DNA of 64,000 nt from an uncultured Opitutia bacterium (GCA_963934295.1 CAWVXY010000004.1:56049-120048); one strand, 5' to 3'. Shown: positions 29,388-39,586, counted from the stretch's first letter. Translations and numbers: made by a program. Notes: generated by a model from the sequence alone, not told the origin.

Positions 29388-31976
29388 TTAATTTTGAATC
29401 TTTTGATTCTTAAAGCTTTTCCAGTTTCCAGGCTCCCCCACTTCAACTCGATAACTACCCATCTCAAAAACTTTAGGACGGAATGTACCCTTTGTCACTC
29501 GCCGAGCATAAACCAATTCACCAGATGGTTCTTTCCTAACACGAACAATAAAACTCTTCTTCTTTATTTTGACGGGAGCCAAAAAACCGAGCGGTTTCCG
29601 ATTATATTGCTGGTCTACGGAAACCGTAACTGGCCATCCATTATGCGTTTCATAACTGGCAATATCTGAGGTCATATTCTCATAAATCGGCCAGCTTTCC
29701 ATGGTAATTTCCTGTTCATCTTTATGAAATTTTACAATTCCATATCCGGATGCCGAATTATTTAATTTTTCAAGCATAGTCGATGGCTGACCCTTAATCT
29801 TTTCAGGGTACTGTTTGTCAATTCGATTCGCCGCTGCCCAGACATTTATCTTGTTATGAAAGCCGTCCAAAAATTCACCGGTAAAATTGGGCGAGCCCGG
29901 CCGACGATTTTCCCCCGCTTCCTTCGGTGCCCACAAGCGGGGATATCCGTTACAGATTCCGGCACCAGCAAAAGAAAACCCAGCATCATTCCATTCATCC
30001 ACCCCATGATGAACCACGGTGGCAAGATGTTGGTCACCATGAATCATAACCGCATGTGCTTTTCTTGCCAATTCGATCGCCCGATTACGACCGGACTGAG
30101 GCCAACCATTGGAGTCCAGATCCGCAATCAATATATTGCTGTCCTTTCCACCCCCGTGATGGGTGGCCACAGCACAGAATGGAGACTGGGAAAGAATCGC
30201 TTTCATCGATGCATCTCGATAATCACCAGCCCACTCTTCAAGAAATTGTTCCTGCCTCGTACCCAATAAGTGCAGCCCTGGTTTATCTAAGACCTTGGGA
30301 TCCAGGTTCGGATCTCGAACATGGTCCACCCTACCCTTATGAGTCTTTTTATCAACTGCTTGAACCGGTCCGGATTTAAATTTCCGATCTTCCAAAACAG
30401 CCATACTGATTCCACCATAATTAAAATCAGTGTAGTAAACTCCAATATTCTGAAGGACAGGAGTCGGGTCATAAGGATCGGGCAAATTAGAAACTTGGGT
30501 CCGTTCCACCATCCTTACCCATTCTGGATGCATAGCGTATCCACCGTCGCTTCCCTTATTTCCCCCTTCGGGCACTGGCCCTCCTCCCAATCCCCAAATA
30601 TTCCCATGATATACATCATGATCATCAGGAATCACGATGGATGGCCGGTCCTTCATCGCATCCCGAAAGCTCCACCCAAAGATCCAGTATTTCGGAAGGT
30701 AATTTAAAGAAGCTCTTGCTACATCTTCGATCTTGGATGCACGAACAATCCCATACCCTCCATTACTCTCATAAAGTTGATCACCGGCAAAAAATAAAAC
30801 ATCCGGGTTTTGGGCCAAAATATTTTGCTGTAAATATTGATTGGGAAATGCTCCGTCTTTCATACAGGACAATGCAGCTAATTTGATAGTCTTTTTATTT
30901 TTCGGATCTTTACGGATCGTTCCTTTCCATTCTCCCATTTCATTTCCATCTTTCAAAACCACTCTGAAAGAAACTGGCTGTTGATCGTTCCAGTTTTCGA
31001 TTCGAAAATGAGCCGTACTTGCATATTCATGAATCGCAGAACTCTGCACCCTTTTCCACTTACCCTCTTTCCAAAACTCGAGGTGTACTTTTTCTCTGTT
31101 CATTCTACCCATGGGGGAAACTTGTGCCGTCATTTTCATGACGCCTCGATGCAGCGTATATTGAGTCCAAAGAATAGGTCCAAAAGTTTGATCCAGATTC
31201 TGCGTCACTTTATTTCCTGAGATTTGCCAATCCTGAAAAGTAACATCTGCTTGAAATTCCTTGCTGTCAGCAGGAATGGCAGGGGCATGATTCTTTTGTG
31301 CATAATCTGCAAACAAGGAGAGATTGCCGAGGAATCCTTTTTTCATTCGCACCGATTTATTAATAAACAGGAGAACCGAACTTTTATCCTCATTGCTGCG
31401 CTTGCTGGCTTCTAGGATAAAATCAAAATTATTCCCTTTGTGTTCTACTTTAAGAGTTAATCGAAGATCCTCCAAAGCTGACTTTGGCAAGTTGGTTTTA
31501 CTTTCAATTCCCGGTCCAAAAAGTTTACCTTCAGAAGTTACACCAGCCATATAGCCTGAACTTCCAAACAAATTGGACCGGTATTCTTCGGGCATCGCTC
31601 CGACAATTCCAAATTTAAATCCGGCCCGCTTAATTTTATTGGAATTTATTTTCTCAAAACTTAAAAGAACAGATTGCGAAAAACTACCTTCCTCAGCTTT
31701 GAGTTGATGTGTTAGCAGATGAATATCGTGGGTTTTCCCACCCTTGCTAATCATTACTTCCATTCTCCCATTCTTTAATTGCCAATCCATCTGTGGATTA
31801 GGCCAAAACTCCTTACCTACAAATGGACGGGTGATATCATTACGAAGTGCAGATTTGTAACTGGCCCCTATCAGCAAAGGAGTACTCATTTGCATAATCA
31901 AAAACCAAGCAGCGCAGGACAAGAAAAGCCTTGGGGGCATTACATTTAGAAATGAGTTATTTATAACTTTTATCAT
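29388..31976 (-). CDS. PhoD-like / calcineurin-type metallophosphatase with a large N-terminal domain of unknown function
   Basis: VLFFAGDQLYE, IPDDHDVYHGNIWG and VMIHGDQHLATVVHHG resemble the metal-binding blocks of PhoD-like phosphatases. The first ~350 aa are unassigned. Signal-like N-terminus. Confidence 0.45.
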   Translation of the reverse strand: MIKVINNSFLNVMPPRLFLSCAAWFLIMQMSTPLLIGASYKSALRNDITRPFVGKEFWPNPQMDWQLKNGRMEVMISKGGKTHDIHLLTHQLKAEEGSFSQSVLLSFEKINSNKIKRAGFKFGIVGAMPEEYRSNLFGSSGYMAGVTSEGKLFGPGIESKTNLPKSALEDLRLTLKVEHKGNNFDFILEASKRSNEDKSSVLLFINKSVRMKKGFLGNLSLFADYAQKNHAPAIPADSKEFQADVTFQDWQISGNKVTQNLDQTFGPILWTQYTLHRGVMKMTAQVSPMGRMNREKVHLEFWKEGKWKRVQSSAIHEYASTAHFRIENWNDQQPVSFRVVLKDGNEMGEWKGTIRKDPKNKKTIKLAALSCMKDGAFPNQYLQQNILAQNPDVLFFAGDQLYESNGGYGIVRASKIEDVARASLNYLPKYWIFGWSFRDAMKDRPSIVIPDDHDVYHGNIWGLGGGPVPEGGNKGSDGGYAMHPEWVRMVERTQVSNLPDPYDPTPVLQNIGVYYTDFNYGGISMAVLEDRKFKSGPVQAVDKKTHKGRVDHVRDPNLDPKVLDKPGLHLLGTRQEQFLEEWAGDYRDASMKAILSQSPFCAVATHHGGGKDSNILIADLDSNGWPQSGRNRAIELARKAHAVMIHGDQHLATVVHHGVDEWNDAGFSFAGAGICNGYPRLWAPKEAGENRRPGSPNFTGEFLDGFHNKINVWAAANRIDKQYPEKIKGQPSTMLEKLNNSASGYGIVKFHKDEQEITMESWPIYENMTSDIASYETHNGWPVTVSVDQQYNRKPLGFLAPVKIKKKSFIVRVRKEPSGELVYARRVTKGTFRPKVFEMGSYRVEVGEPGNWKSFKNQKIQN

Positions 31977-32056
31977 AATTCCATCTATTCAAATCGAATT
32001 AGTTTTAATACCAATCAAGAAATGCAAAGATTGGTGAATTAAAATCTGTGCTAGGG

Positions 32057-32854
32057 TTAATTCTTAAAGCCTAAACCAATAAGTTTAGGGCGATCCGTGG
32101 TAATTGAATCAATTCCCCTCTTCGCTAAGTTTTCTGCAGTCTTAGAATCATTGATCGTCCATGCATGCCATTCAAAGCCAGCATTGATAACCGATTTTGA
32201 GAATTCAGGGGGAATTGTATGTTGAGAATCCAGTCCATCAGCTTTGCAACCTTGCAAAGTGGTAATGACTTGATCCACGGAAGGTTTCCATGTTCCATTT
32301 TTTTTCTTGAAGCCAGTGAGCCAGTAAGCCTTGTAGCCAGGCATTGCTTCTTTAAATACTTTTATTACTTCCTTGTTGAAGCAAATCAACCGCACCTGAT
32401 CCATTTTCAAATCTGACTTCTGAATTTCTTTGATCAGAAATGGTATGATCTCAGGTCCACATTTCACCTCCACGAATATTTTTTTCCCTTTTGGAATAGT
32501 GGCAAAAACTTCTGAGATCGTAGGGATCTTGGTTCCTTTAAATTTTGTGTGCTTCCATGCTCCAACATCCAAGGCACGAAGTTCCTCAAGGGTGGATTTC
32601 GAGACAATCAAATTTTTGTCGGCCAGTCGCTTCGTGGATGCATCGTGAATGCAGACAATTTGACCGTCTTTCGTTAAAAGAAAATCTCCCTCAATCGCAT
32701 CTGCTCCCTGCTCCCACGCTAAGCGAAAAGCGGGCAATGTATTTTCAGGAGCCTCAAAAGAGGAACCACGATGGGCCACAATCAGTGGTTCACCTAAAAC
32801 TACATGACCTGCAAATAAAGCAAGGAATAAAAAAATGCCTCTACCTAAAACCAT
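32057..32854 (-). CDS. Glycerophosphodiester phosphodiesterase (GDPD family), secreted
   Basis: IVAHRGSSFEAPENTLPAF...EGDFLLTKDGQIVCIHD are the canonical GDPD catalytic blocks. The start lies 2 nt after the upstream stop. Confidence 0.85.
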   Translation of the reverse strand: MVLGRGIFLFLALFAGHVVLGEPLIVAHRGSSFEAPENTLPAFRLAWEQGADAIEGDFLLTKDGQIVCIHDASTKRLADKNLIVSKSTLEELRALDVGAWKHTKFKGTKIPTISEVFATIPKGKKIFVEVKCGPEIIPFLIKEIQKSDLKMDQVRLICFNKEVIKVFKEAMPGYKAYWLTGFKKKNGTWKPSVDQVITTLQGCKADGLDSQHTIPPEFSKSVINAGFEWHAWTINDSKTAENLAKRGIDSITTDRPKLIGLGFKN

Positions 32855-32856
32855 TT

Positions 32857-35800
32857 CTATAAAGTATTAATAAACCTTAGATCCTCAGACAGCACTTCGA
32901 GGGCAAAATGACCTTTTGTACCTCGACCATTCACCACGACGAGCAGGTTCTGTTTTCCTGCTTTCGTGAAGTCAATGAAGAGGTCGGCTTGATTACCCTC
33001 TGCGGGAATTTCAACTTCCTTGCCTCCAAGAAAAAGATTCAAGTCACCTAAATTTCCTTTAAACCGAACCTTATGATTTCCTTTTTTAACTACATCAACT
33101 TGCGTGCGTAAAACTTGGTATTTATCTCCTCTCCGATTAAGAGCCACCGGTACTTCTTCAAACGGAATTCCTCCGCCTACCATGGCATAGAATGGTTTCC
33201 ATTCATACCCGTCAAATTCCTGTGTAAACATTTTCGCACCATAATGATGGATGGTTCCTGGATTCGGAGAATTGACAGGTAACACATCCCATTTGCGGGC
33301 AAAACGCTGGGTAGTGGTTTTGAACTTTCCTTCTTTTCCTAGCTCCACCATGAATCGTACTAGATCAACAAACTCATCCTCCCGCAATTGAGTGGTCAGC
33401 CCAACTGGCATCAGGGAAACTGGAGAAATAATTTGGCTACCAATATCGGCTTTTGCGACGCGGTTGTGCTTCCCGGTAAGATCGCGAATAACCACCTCCG
33501 TGTCTGTCTCACTCAGAATACCCCCAGCGTAAGAATCTCCATTTTTAAGGGTGATCAGGTTGGTGTGATAGCCTTCCTTAATTTTCTTACTCGGTTCAAT
33601 GAGTGACTCGATCAGGTAATCAACCGGTGCACTTGCACCAATCGAAACTAAGTTCGGACCGATCACACCACCCACTTCTCCAATCGCATGACAGGCAACA
33701 CACTGCAAATTTTCACGTCGATACACGCTCTCTCCCTTCGCTGCATTTCCCTTCGAATTGACCCGGTCGATCATCGCAATCATTTCCTCTTTCGTAAGGC
33801 TCATTTTCATAGGCTTCAAACCCCCGGATTTTTGCAATGCTTCGATAAGAGCCTGCGGTCGTGTAGGTGCACTCTCCGCCAACTGCATTCCTTTTAATGC
33901 CACATCTTCGGGTAGTTCGCTATTCTCAAGTTCTTTAGTCAATGCCTGGGTGGCTCCTTTGTTGGAAATAAATGCAGCTATTAAATCATTGGGTTCCTGC
34001 CCTTTCGGGAGATTTCTCAATAGATTTGCAGCCCGGCGGGCTGCCAATATTGGCTGAATCTTCATCTGCCCTTTAATCAATATTGATTTGAGGGGATAAG
34101 AAACCTTTGGGTTTTGAATTTGCTCATCAAAAAATTTGCGTGTCTTTTCTCCACTCATTGCGATTAAAGAATTGATTGACGCATTTTTTCTCACCTGCTT
34201 GGAATCGGTCTGTTTCAATATGACTTCCAAGTTAGTGCGAGCAGACTCTAGCTTCCACAAACCTGCCAATTCAACCGCAGTGCTCCACACCGTATCATTC
34301 TCGCTTTGCAAAAACTTCAACACTGCATCCAAACTTCCAGATGGATTAATCTTTCGAATCTTCTTAGCCGTAAGCATAGCATTCAAATAAGCATGCTGTT
34401 GACTTACAGAATCCGTTTGCAGAGAAAGACCCAGTAATTTTTGCAAGTGAGCAGGAGTACCTTTATCAGCAATCCAATTGGCAACTTCCCAAACCTTTTT
34501 ATCTTCCTTCATCTTACCCTTTGAAATGGAGTCTAGGATTTGATCAGCACCCAGAGGCTCTCCGATTGCTGAAGACGCAAAGAGAAGTTGCGAAAGACTA
34601 TCAAATGGATTCTTCCCTTTTGTTTTCATCTCATTCACCCAGCGGTCTCGATGCTCCCTGCATATAGACCAAACAGCAAAATCAAGAAAGTCATCAACCT
34701 CCACTCCCTCGAGAGCACGCAAAGCAATAGCAACGGTTTTGGGGTCATCCAATTGAGCCAACAAACTCACCGCCCATAGACGAACATGAGGAGATGGGTC
34801 CGAAACAGCTTCTTCAGCAATGGATAGAATATTTTTATATTTCTTATTGGATGCATCATAGTAAATAGCACGCAGACCGGCTGCCCTTGCATTATGTGAT
34901 TTCGACTTGGTCAATTGTCTAGCCCACCCAATATCCAATCGATTTAAGGCCTGAGTGGCCCAGACTTTGCGTAATATATGAAGATCAGACATCGGGCGGA
35001 CAAAAGAATTTAATGCTGAAAGCATTATATTTGGATCACGAGTTCGTAATTCAGCCGTGGCCAACTCCCTGACAATATTCTCTTCGGAAAAAAGTAAGGC
35101 TTCTGCTAAAGCTTTGGAGTCCATTTCGGCAGGCTTGGTAAAGGGTGCCGGAGGATTTTCCGGAAAACTGATCCGCCAGATTCGTCCATGCTTATGATCA
35201 CGCCTAGGGTCACGAAAATCCACTTCCCCATGCTGGATAATAGGGTTGTATAAATCAGCCACATAGATTGCTCCGTCGGGTCCCATTTTAACATCGATGG
35301 GACGAAAAGCTCCATGCTTGGATGCTAGTAATTCCTTATATTCTCTCGATTCGAAAGCACTTCCTTTGTCGCTCAAACGATAAGTTTTAATGCGATGACC
35401 ACGAAAATCTGGCGATGCCAAGGCACCGCGCCAATGTTCAGGAATATGACTACCCGATAGGACTTCAAGCCCACATAGCTTGGGCTGTCCGGGGTTCAGT
35501 CCCTGCACTCTGCGTGGAGCACCAGGAGAAGCCACAAAAACAGATCGTGGATAAACAAAGTTGATTCCCTGACCGCCAGCGCCATCGGTCATGAAGCTTT
35601 GGCCCCATTCATCAAATGCATGCCCCCATGGGTTAACCAAACCCTTCATGAACACTTCCGTCCGCTTGGTCTCTGGACGATAATGCCACATTCCACCTCC
35701 GAGTAGTCTGCGTATCCCATAAGGGGTATCCAAATGGGTATGAATATAAATCGACTGATTGAGCCACATCATTCCCTCAGGGCCCCATCTAAAGGTATGT

Positions 35801-36294
35801 ACGATATGATGCGTGTCTTCGGTGCCAAACCCAGAAAGAACAACCTCCCTCTGATCCGCTTTTCCATCACCATTGGTGTCTTTTAGAAACAAAACATCAT
35901 TACTGTTGGCCACATAAACTCCACCATCCCCAGGAAGTACACCGGTAGGGATATGAAGGTCATCTGCAAAAACTGTATGCTTATCCGCAACTCCGTCCCC
36001 ATTGGTATCTTCCAGTATAACCAATTGGTCGGACTCTTCCTCCCCTGGTTTAATATGAGGATAAAGCGGACTTCCTACGACCCATAACCGGCCCATTGAA
36101 TCCCAATTCATATGGATCGGGTTACGCACCACCGGCTCACTGGCAAAAAGGTTTATCTTCGCCCCTTTCGGTAAAACAAATGAATCTAACTGAGCCTGAA
36201 TCGAAGTATCAGGAATTTTGGTCAGACCCCGTTGGCCAAAGGTGAGGGTATAAAGTGTGAAAAAGAGAAAAAGGGAAAAGGTGGTAATTTTCAT
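32857..36294 (-). CDS. PVC-type beta-propeller dehydrogenase-like / HEAT-repeat / c-type heme-binding protein (paralog 3, 1145 aa)
   Basis: N-terminal propeller with DTNGDGVADK / DTNGDGKADQ loops, a long HEAT-like helical region, heme motif CVACH at 33688-33702 followed by GGVIGPNL, and a C-terminal domain different from paralogs 1 and 2. Confidence 0.75.
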   Translation of the reverse strand: MKITTFSLFLFFTLYTLTFGQRGLTKIPDTSIQAQLDSFVLPKGAKINLFASEPVVRNPIHMNWDSMGRLWVVGSPLYPHIKPGEEESDQLVILEDTNGDGVADKHTVFADDLHIPTGVLPGDGGVYVANSNDVLFLKDTNGDGKADQREVVLSGFGTEDTHHIVHTFRWGPEGMMWLNQSIYIHTHLDTPYGIRRLLGGGMWHYRPETKRTEVFMKGLVNPWGHAFDEWGQSFMTDGAGGQGINFVYPRSVFVASPGAPRRVQGLNPGQPKLCGLEVLSGSHIPEHWRGALASPDFRGHRIKTYRLSDKGSAFESREYKELLASKHGAFRPIDVKMGPDGAIYVADLYNPIIQHGEVDFRDPRRDHKHGRIWRISFPENPPAPFTKPAEMDSKALAEALLFSEENIVRELATAELRTRDPNIMLSALNSFVRPMSDLHILRKVWATQALNRLDIGWARQLTKSKSHNARAAGLRAIYYDASNKKYKNILSIAEEAVSDPSPHVRLWAVSLLAQLDDPKTVAIALRALEGVEVDDFLDFAVWSICREHRDRWVNEMKTKGKNPFDSLSQLLFASSAIGEPLGADQILDSISKGKMKEDKKVWEVANWIADKGTPAHLQKLLGLSLQTDSVSQQHAYLNAMLTAKKIRKINPSGSLDAVLKFLQSENDTVWSTAVELAGLWKLESARTNLEVILKQTDSKQVRKNASINSLIAMSGEKTRKFFDEQIQNPKVSYPLKSILIKGQMKIQPILAARRAANLLRNLPKGQEPNDLIAAFISNKGATQALTKELENSELPEDVALKGMQLAESAPTRPQALIEALQKSGGLKPMKMSLTKEEMIAMIDRVNSKGNAAKGESVYRRENLQCVACHAIGEVGGVIGPNLVSIGASAPVDYLIESLIEPSKKIKEGYHTNLITLKNGDSYAGGILSETDTEVVIRDLTGKHNRVAKADIGSQIISPVSLMPVGLTTQLREDEFVDLVRFMVELGKEGKFKTTTQRFARKWDVLPVNSPNPGTIHHYGAKMFTQEFDGYEWKPFYAMVGGGIPFEEVPVALNRRGDKYQVLRTQVDVVKKGNHKVRFKGNLGDLNLFLGGKEVEIPAEGNQADLFIDFTKAGKQNLLVVVNGRGTKGHFALEVLSEDLRFINTL

Positions 36295-36317
36295 GAATTA
36301 AAATAGTGGTAATTAAA

Positions 36318-37346
36318 TTATCCTTGGGAACCTTTGAGCAATTGACTTCGGATCGCTTCAATCTCATTCTCCCGTTCTTCAATAATGGGATCAAATTGAG
36401 GAATTTCCTTAGCATTATTCCCCTGTTCATGTTTTCTAAATAAGTACAGATAGGTTTCATTAGCTGGTCTCCATCGATGAAAAAATAAGCGGTTTTTCTC
36501 GATGATACCTTTCCTCAAATTTTCGGTCAGAGTATCCGACTGGATTGCTTCATAACCCAGGCCCAGAGCAAGTTGGGAAGCCAGTTCACGGTATCCATGC
36601 TTGGTGAAATGGAGCCCGTCATGAGTAAATGCTTTCGATGAAACTTCTTTTTCCAATTTATCTCCTCCCATTGCCCCGAAAAGATCAACGAAATGAAGGT
36701 TCTCTTTCTTCGCAAAAGCTTGTAGAGCGTCCCGAATCTTGGCAAGTCTTCGATTATTTTCCAGATGGTCAGGTAGTGGACTCCCTAGGTTTTCGAACGG
36801 TGGTGGAGCGACTATAACGATTTCCCGTAAACCATCACCAGCCCCCTTTCTTATTTCTCCAAGCATTTTTCCATATCCTTCCAAAAAAACCGCTAAACTC
36901 TCATTCCAGCTTCCTGCGGATCGCTTGCTCGCCGTGGATTCGTCCGTCCATGCCCGACCACTTGACAAAGCGATTTCCGCACCATAATTGAGCAAAACCA
37001 CGCTGGGCTTCCATTCGTCAATTATTTTCTTTAGCCTATCCCTACCCTCTTTGGGTTTTCCAAAGTAGGAACGGGCATCATTGAAGACGGTATCCCCACT
37101 CCAACCAAGATTTCGAAATTTTAGACCACTTACCTTCGGTCCTGCCCCCAAAGTCAGAGCACTTTCGAAATATCCATTTAAGCGAGCCCGCTCGATTAAA
37201 CCGCCACCCACAAAGGCTACACGGTCTCCTGTATGCAAAAGATGAGAAGAGACTTTGCCATGATGATCTGCTTGAACAAAAGCGGAGGAAAAAATAAAAC
37301 TGAAAAAGAGGGATAAAGAGGTGAGGTGGAATGTGAGACTTTTCAT
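36318..37346 (-). CDS. SGNH/GDSL-fold hydrolase-like protein with a non-canonical block I
   Basis: Blocks GWSGDT (II), LLNYGAE (III) and HDGLHFTKHGY (V, D-x-x-H) fit the SGNH fold. Block I reads VAFVGGGLIE, i.e. G-G-G where G-D-S is expected (37200-37208). Signal peptide present. Confidence 0.5.
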   Translation of the reverse strand: MKSLTFHLTSLSLFFSFIFSSAFVQADHHGKVSSHLLHTGDRVAFVGGGLIERARLNGYFESALTLGAGPKVSGLKFRNLGWSGDTVFNDARSYFGKPKEGRDRLKKIIDEWKPSVVLLNYGAEIALSSGRAWTDESTASKRSAGSWNESLAVFLEGYGKMLGEIRKGAGDGLREIVIVAPPPFENLGSPLPDHLENNRRLAKIRDALQAFAKKENLHFVDLFGAMGGDKLEKEVSSKAFTHDGLHFTKHGYRELASQLALGLGYEAIQSDTLTENLRKGIIEKNRLFFHRWRPANETYLYLFRKHEQGNNAKEIPQFDPIIEERENEIEAIRSQLLKGSQG

Positions 37347-37457
37347 GGGCTATATATATAGTCATTATTTCTTTTCTTACGAAAAAAGACAAAGTTCTTT
37401 TTACAATCGAATGCAATAGGCTGAGCCCAAAAACACTCTTTTTATACAAAATACTTG

Positions 37458-37472
37458 ATACAATTGTATAAT
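37458..37472 (+). promoter_or_regulatory. 12-bp perfect palindrome ATACAATTGTAT overlapping a TATAAT hexamer, upstream of the OYE gene
   Basis: Palindrome at 37458-37469. TATAAT at 37467-37472, 26 nt before the ATG at 37499. I found no convincing -35 at 17-bp spacing. Confidence 0.25.
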
Positions 37473-37498
37473 TTGAAACTTTTGTTTAAATACTTCTA

Positions 37499-38587
37499 AT
37501 GACTAAACAACTTTTAACACCCACCCAAATTGGGGATCTACCATTAAAGAACCGAGTTATCCTTGCACCGATGACACGAACACGAGCTACACCGGATGGT
37601 TGTCCAACAGAATTAATGGCAGAGTATTACGGACAGCGTGCATCAGCCGGATTGGTTATTGCTGAAGCAACAGGGGTAGATAGTAGTGCAATAGCCTGGA
37701 TGAATATGCCGGGCATTTATAATGATGAGCATGTCGAAGGCTGGAAAAAAACGACCGAGGCAGTACACAAAAAAGATGGTAAAATATTTTTGCAACTCTG
37801 GCATCCAGGTCGGGCCACTCACAGTCTTTTGATTAATGGCCAGCAACCCGTAGCCCCCTCCGCTATTCGTTTGGAAAATAATGAAACACACACTCCGGAT
37901 GGCAGCAAACCCTATGAAGTTCCCAGAGCCCTTGAGCTTGAAGAAATACCGCAAATTATTGCGATGTTTACAAAAGGAGCAGAACTTGCAAAGGCTGCCG
38001 GTTTCGACGGTATCGAAATACACTCGGCCAACGGATATATCCTCGATCAATTTCTACAGTCCAAAACAAACCATCGAACGGATGAATATGGCGGAAGTAT
38101 GAAAAACCGTTATCGATTACTTGATGAAGTCGTTCAGGCAGTCGGAGAAGTTTTTCCCTTCAACCGGATAGGCGTCCGCCTGTCACCCAATGGAATATTT
38201 GATGATATGGGTTCTCCGGATTATCGAGAACAGTTCACTCACGCGGCCAAACAACTCAATCAATATGGATTATCTTACTTACATGTTATGGATGGTCTTG
38301 CTTTTGGCTTTCATGAGCTTGGTGAACCCATGACCCTCGAGGAATTCCGTGCGGTTTTTAAAGGACCGATCATGGGTAATTGTGGATACACCGAAGAGAC
38401 TGCTGAAAAAGCCATATCCGAAGGTCACGCAGATATGATTGCCTTTGGGCGTCCATTCATCAGCAACCCAGACTTAGTAGAACGACTCGCTGCCGGTGCC
38501 CCCCTTGCTGAAGAGGCAGATCCTTCGACTTGGTATAGTTCCTCGACTGCTGAAGGGTATACCGACTTTCCATTCAACGCTCAGTAA
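37499..38587 (+). CDS. NADH:flavin oxidoreductase, Old Yellow Enzyme family (N-ethylmaleimide reductase-like)
   Basis: LAPMTRTRA, QLWHPGR, IHSANGYILDQFL and AFGRPFISNPDL are the classic OYE blocks. Confidence 0.85.
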   Translation: MTKQLLTPTQIGDLPLKNRVILAPMTRTRATPDGCPTELMAEYYGQRASAGLVIAEATGVDSSAIAWMNMPGIYNDEHVEGWKKTTEAVHKKDGKIFLQLWHPGRATHSLLINGQQPVAPSAIRLENNETHTPDGSKPYEVPRALELEEIPQIIAMFTKGAELAKAAGFDGIEIHSANGYILDQFLQSKTNHRTDEYGGSMKNRYRLLDEVVQAVGEVFPFNRIGVRLSPNGIFDDMGSPDYREQFTHAAKQLNQYGLSYLHVMDGLAFGFHELGEPMTLEEFRAVFKGPIMGNCGYTEETAEKAISEGHADMIAFGRPFISNPDLVERLAAGAPLAEEADPSTWYSSSTAEGYTDFPFNAQ

Positions 38588-38611
38588 AACAAAAATTTCA
38601 AATCATCCTAT

Positions 38612-39490
38612 ATGAACGATCTAACAAATAAGCAATCAGGACTTCTCTTTGGTTCCTACTCTGCAGACGCCCTTTCTCTGGGTGTGCATTGGATTTATGA
38701 CACAAACGAATTGGCACAAAAACATGGTAGAGTAAGCGAATACAAAGCTCCAGGAGCAGATTCATACCATCCCCACAAGCAGGCGGGTGACCAAGGGCAT
38801 GTGGGGGATCAGTCTTTATGCCTGTTACAATTTCTGGTGCGAGAAAAAAAATGGAGTCCTTCTGGTTTTATGAATGACTGGCTGGGGATGTGGCCCGAAT
38901 ACAATGACTACATAGACGGTGCGACAAAATCTACTTTGGCCAACCTTCAAAACCAAGCAGACAATACTCAAGTCGGAAGTGATTCGGTGGAAATTGCGGG
39001 TCCCGCCAGAATTGCCCCGCTTGTTTGCCATCTTGCAAACTCCACTGAAGAAGAAGTTGTGCGGGCGTCTATTGAACAAACCATTCTCACCCATCGTTCT
39101 CCAGAGGCCGAAGAATCCGCAACCTTTTTCGCTAAAGCTGGCTATCGACTCATGCATGGAGCCAACTTGGTCGATACACTTAATGAAACGGCACCGGCAT
39201 GGGCACTTCAAAAGGCAAACGCTGTTGTTTCAGAAAATGCCGTAGATGCAATCGGTAAACTTGGACCCGCCTGTTCCATTTCATCCGCCCTTCCTTCCGT
39301 TCTTTACCTTGCCCTAAAATATGGAGATGATATCGAAACAGCATTTATTGAAAATGCCATGGCAGGAGGAGACAATTGTGCCCGCGGCCTTGCACTTGGT
39401 ATGTTGCTGGGTGCCGCCAACGGATTTTCTTCAATCCCAGAACGATGGGTCAATGAATTAAACGCGTACGATCTGCTGAGAGAATTCTAA
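38612..39490 (+). CDS. ADP-ribosylglycohydrolase family protein
   Basis: N-terminal GSYSADALSLGVHW and C-terminal AMAGGDNCARGLALGMLLGAANGFSSIPERW correspond to the two metal-binding regions of the family (G.a.GDALG ... GGD...a...G...GA). Confidence 0.65.
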   Translation: MNDLTNKQSGLLFGSYSADALSLGVHWIYDTNELAQKHGRVSEYKAPGADSYHPHKQAGDQGHVGDQSLCLLQFLVREKKWSPSGFMNDWLGMWPEYNDYIDGATKSTLANLQNQADNTQVGSDSVEIAGPARIAPLVCHLANSTEEEVVRASIEQTILTHRSPEAEESATFFAKAGYRLMHGANLVDTLNETAPAWALQKANAVVSENAVDAIGKLGPACSISSALPSVLYLALKYGDDIETAFIENAMAGGDNCARGLALGMLLGAANGFSSIPERWVNELNAYDLLREF

Positions 39491-39586
39491 CAGGTTTAAT
39501 TTACTAAGACCTTATGAAGACCCTATGATGTATAATCAAGATGGCATCAGGTTACCTACTCGCATAAATTACAAAACGAACTGCCC

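Noticed and set aside
37454-37472. TTGATA ... TATAAT read as a sigma70 -35/-10 pair
   Set aside because: The two hexamers are only ~7 nt apart instead of ~17. Only the -10-like element and the palindrome are retained, at low confidence. PVC promoter consensus is also poorly known.
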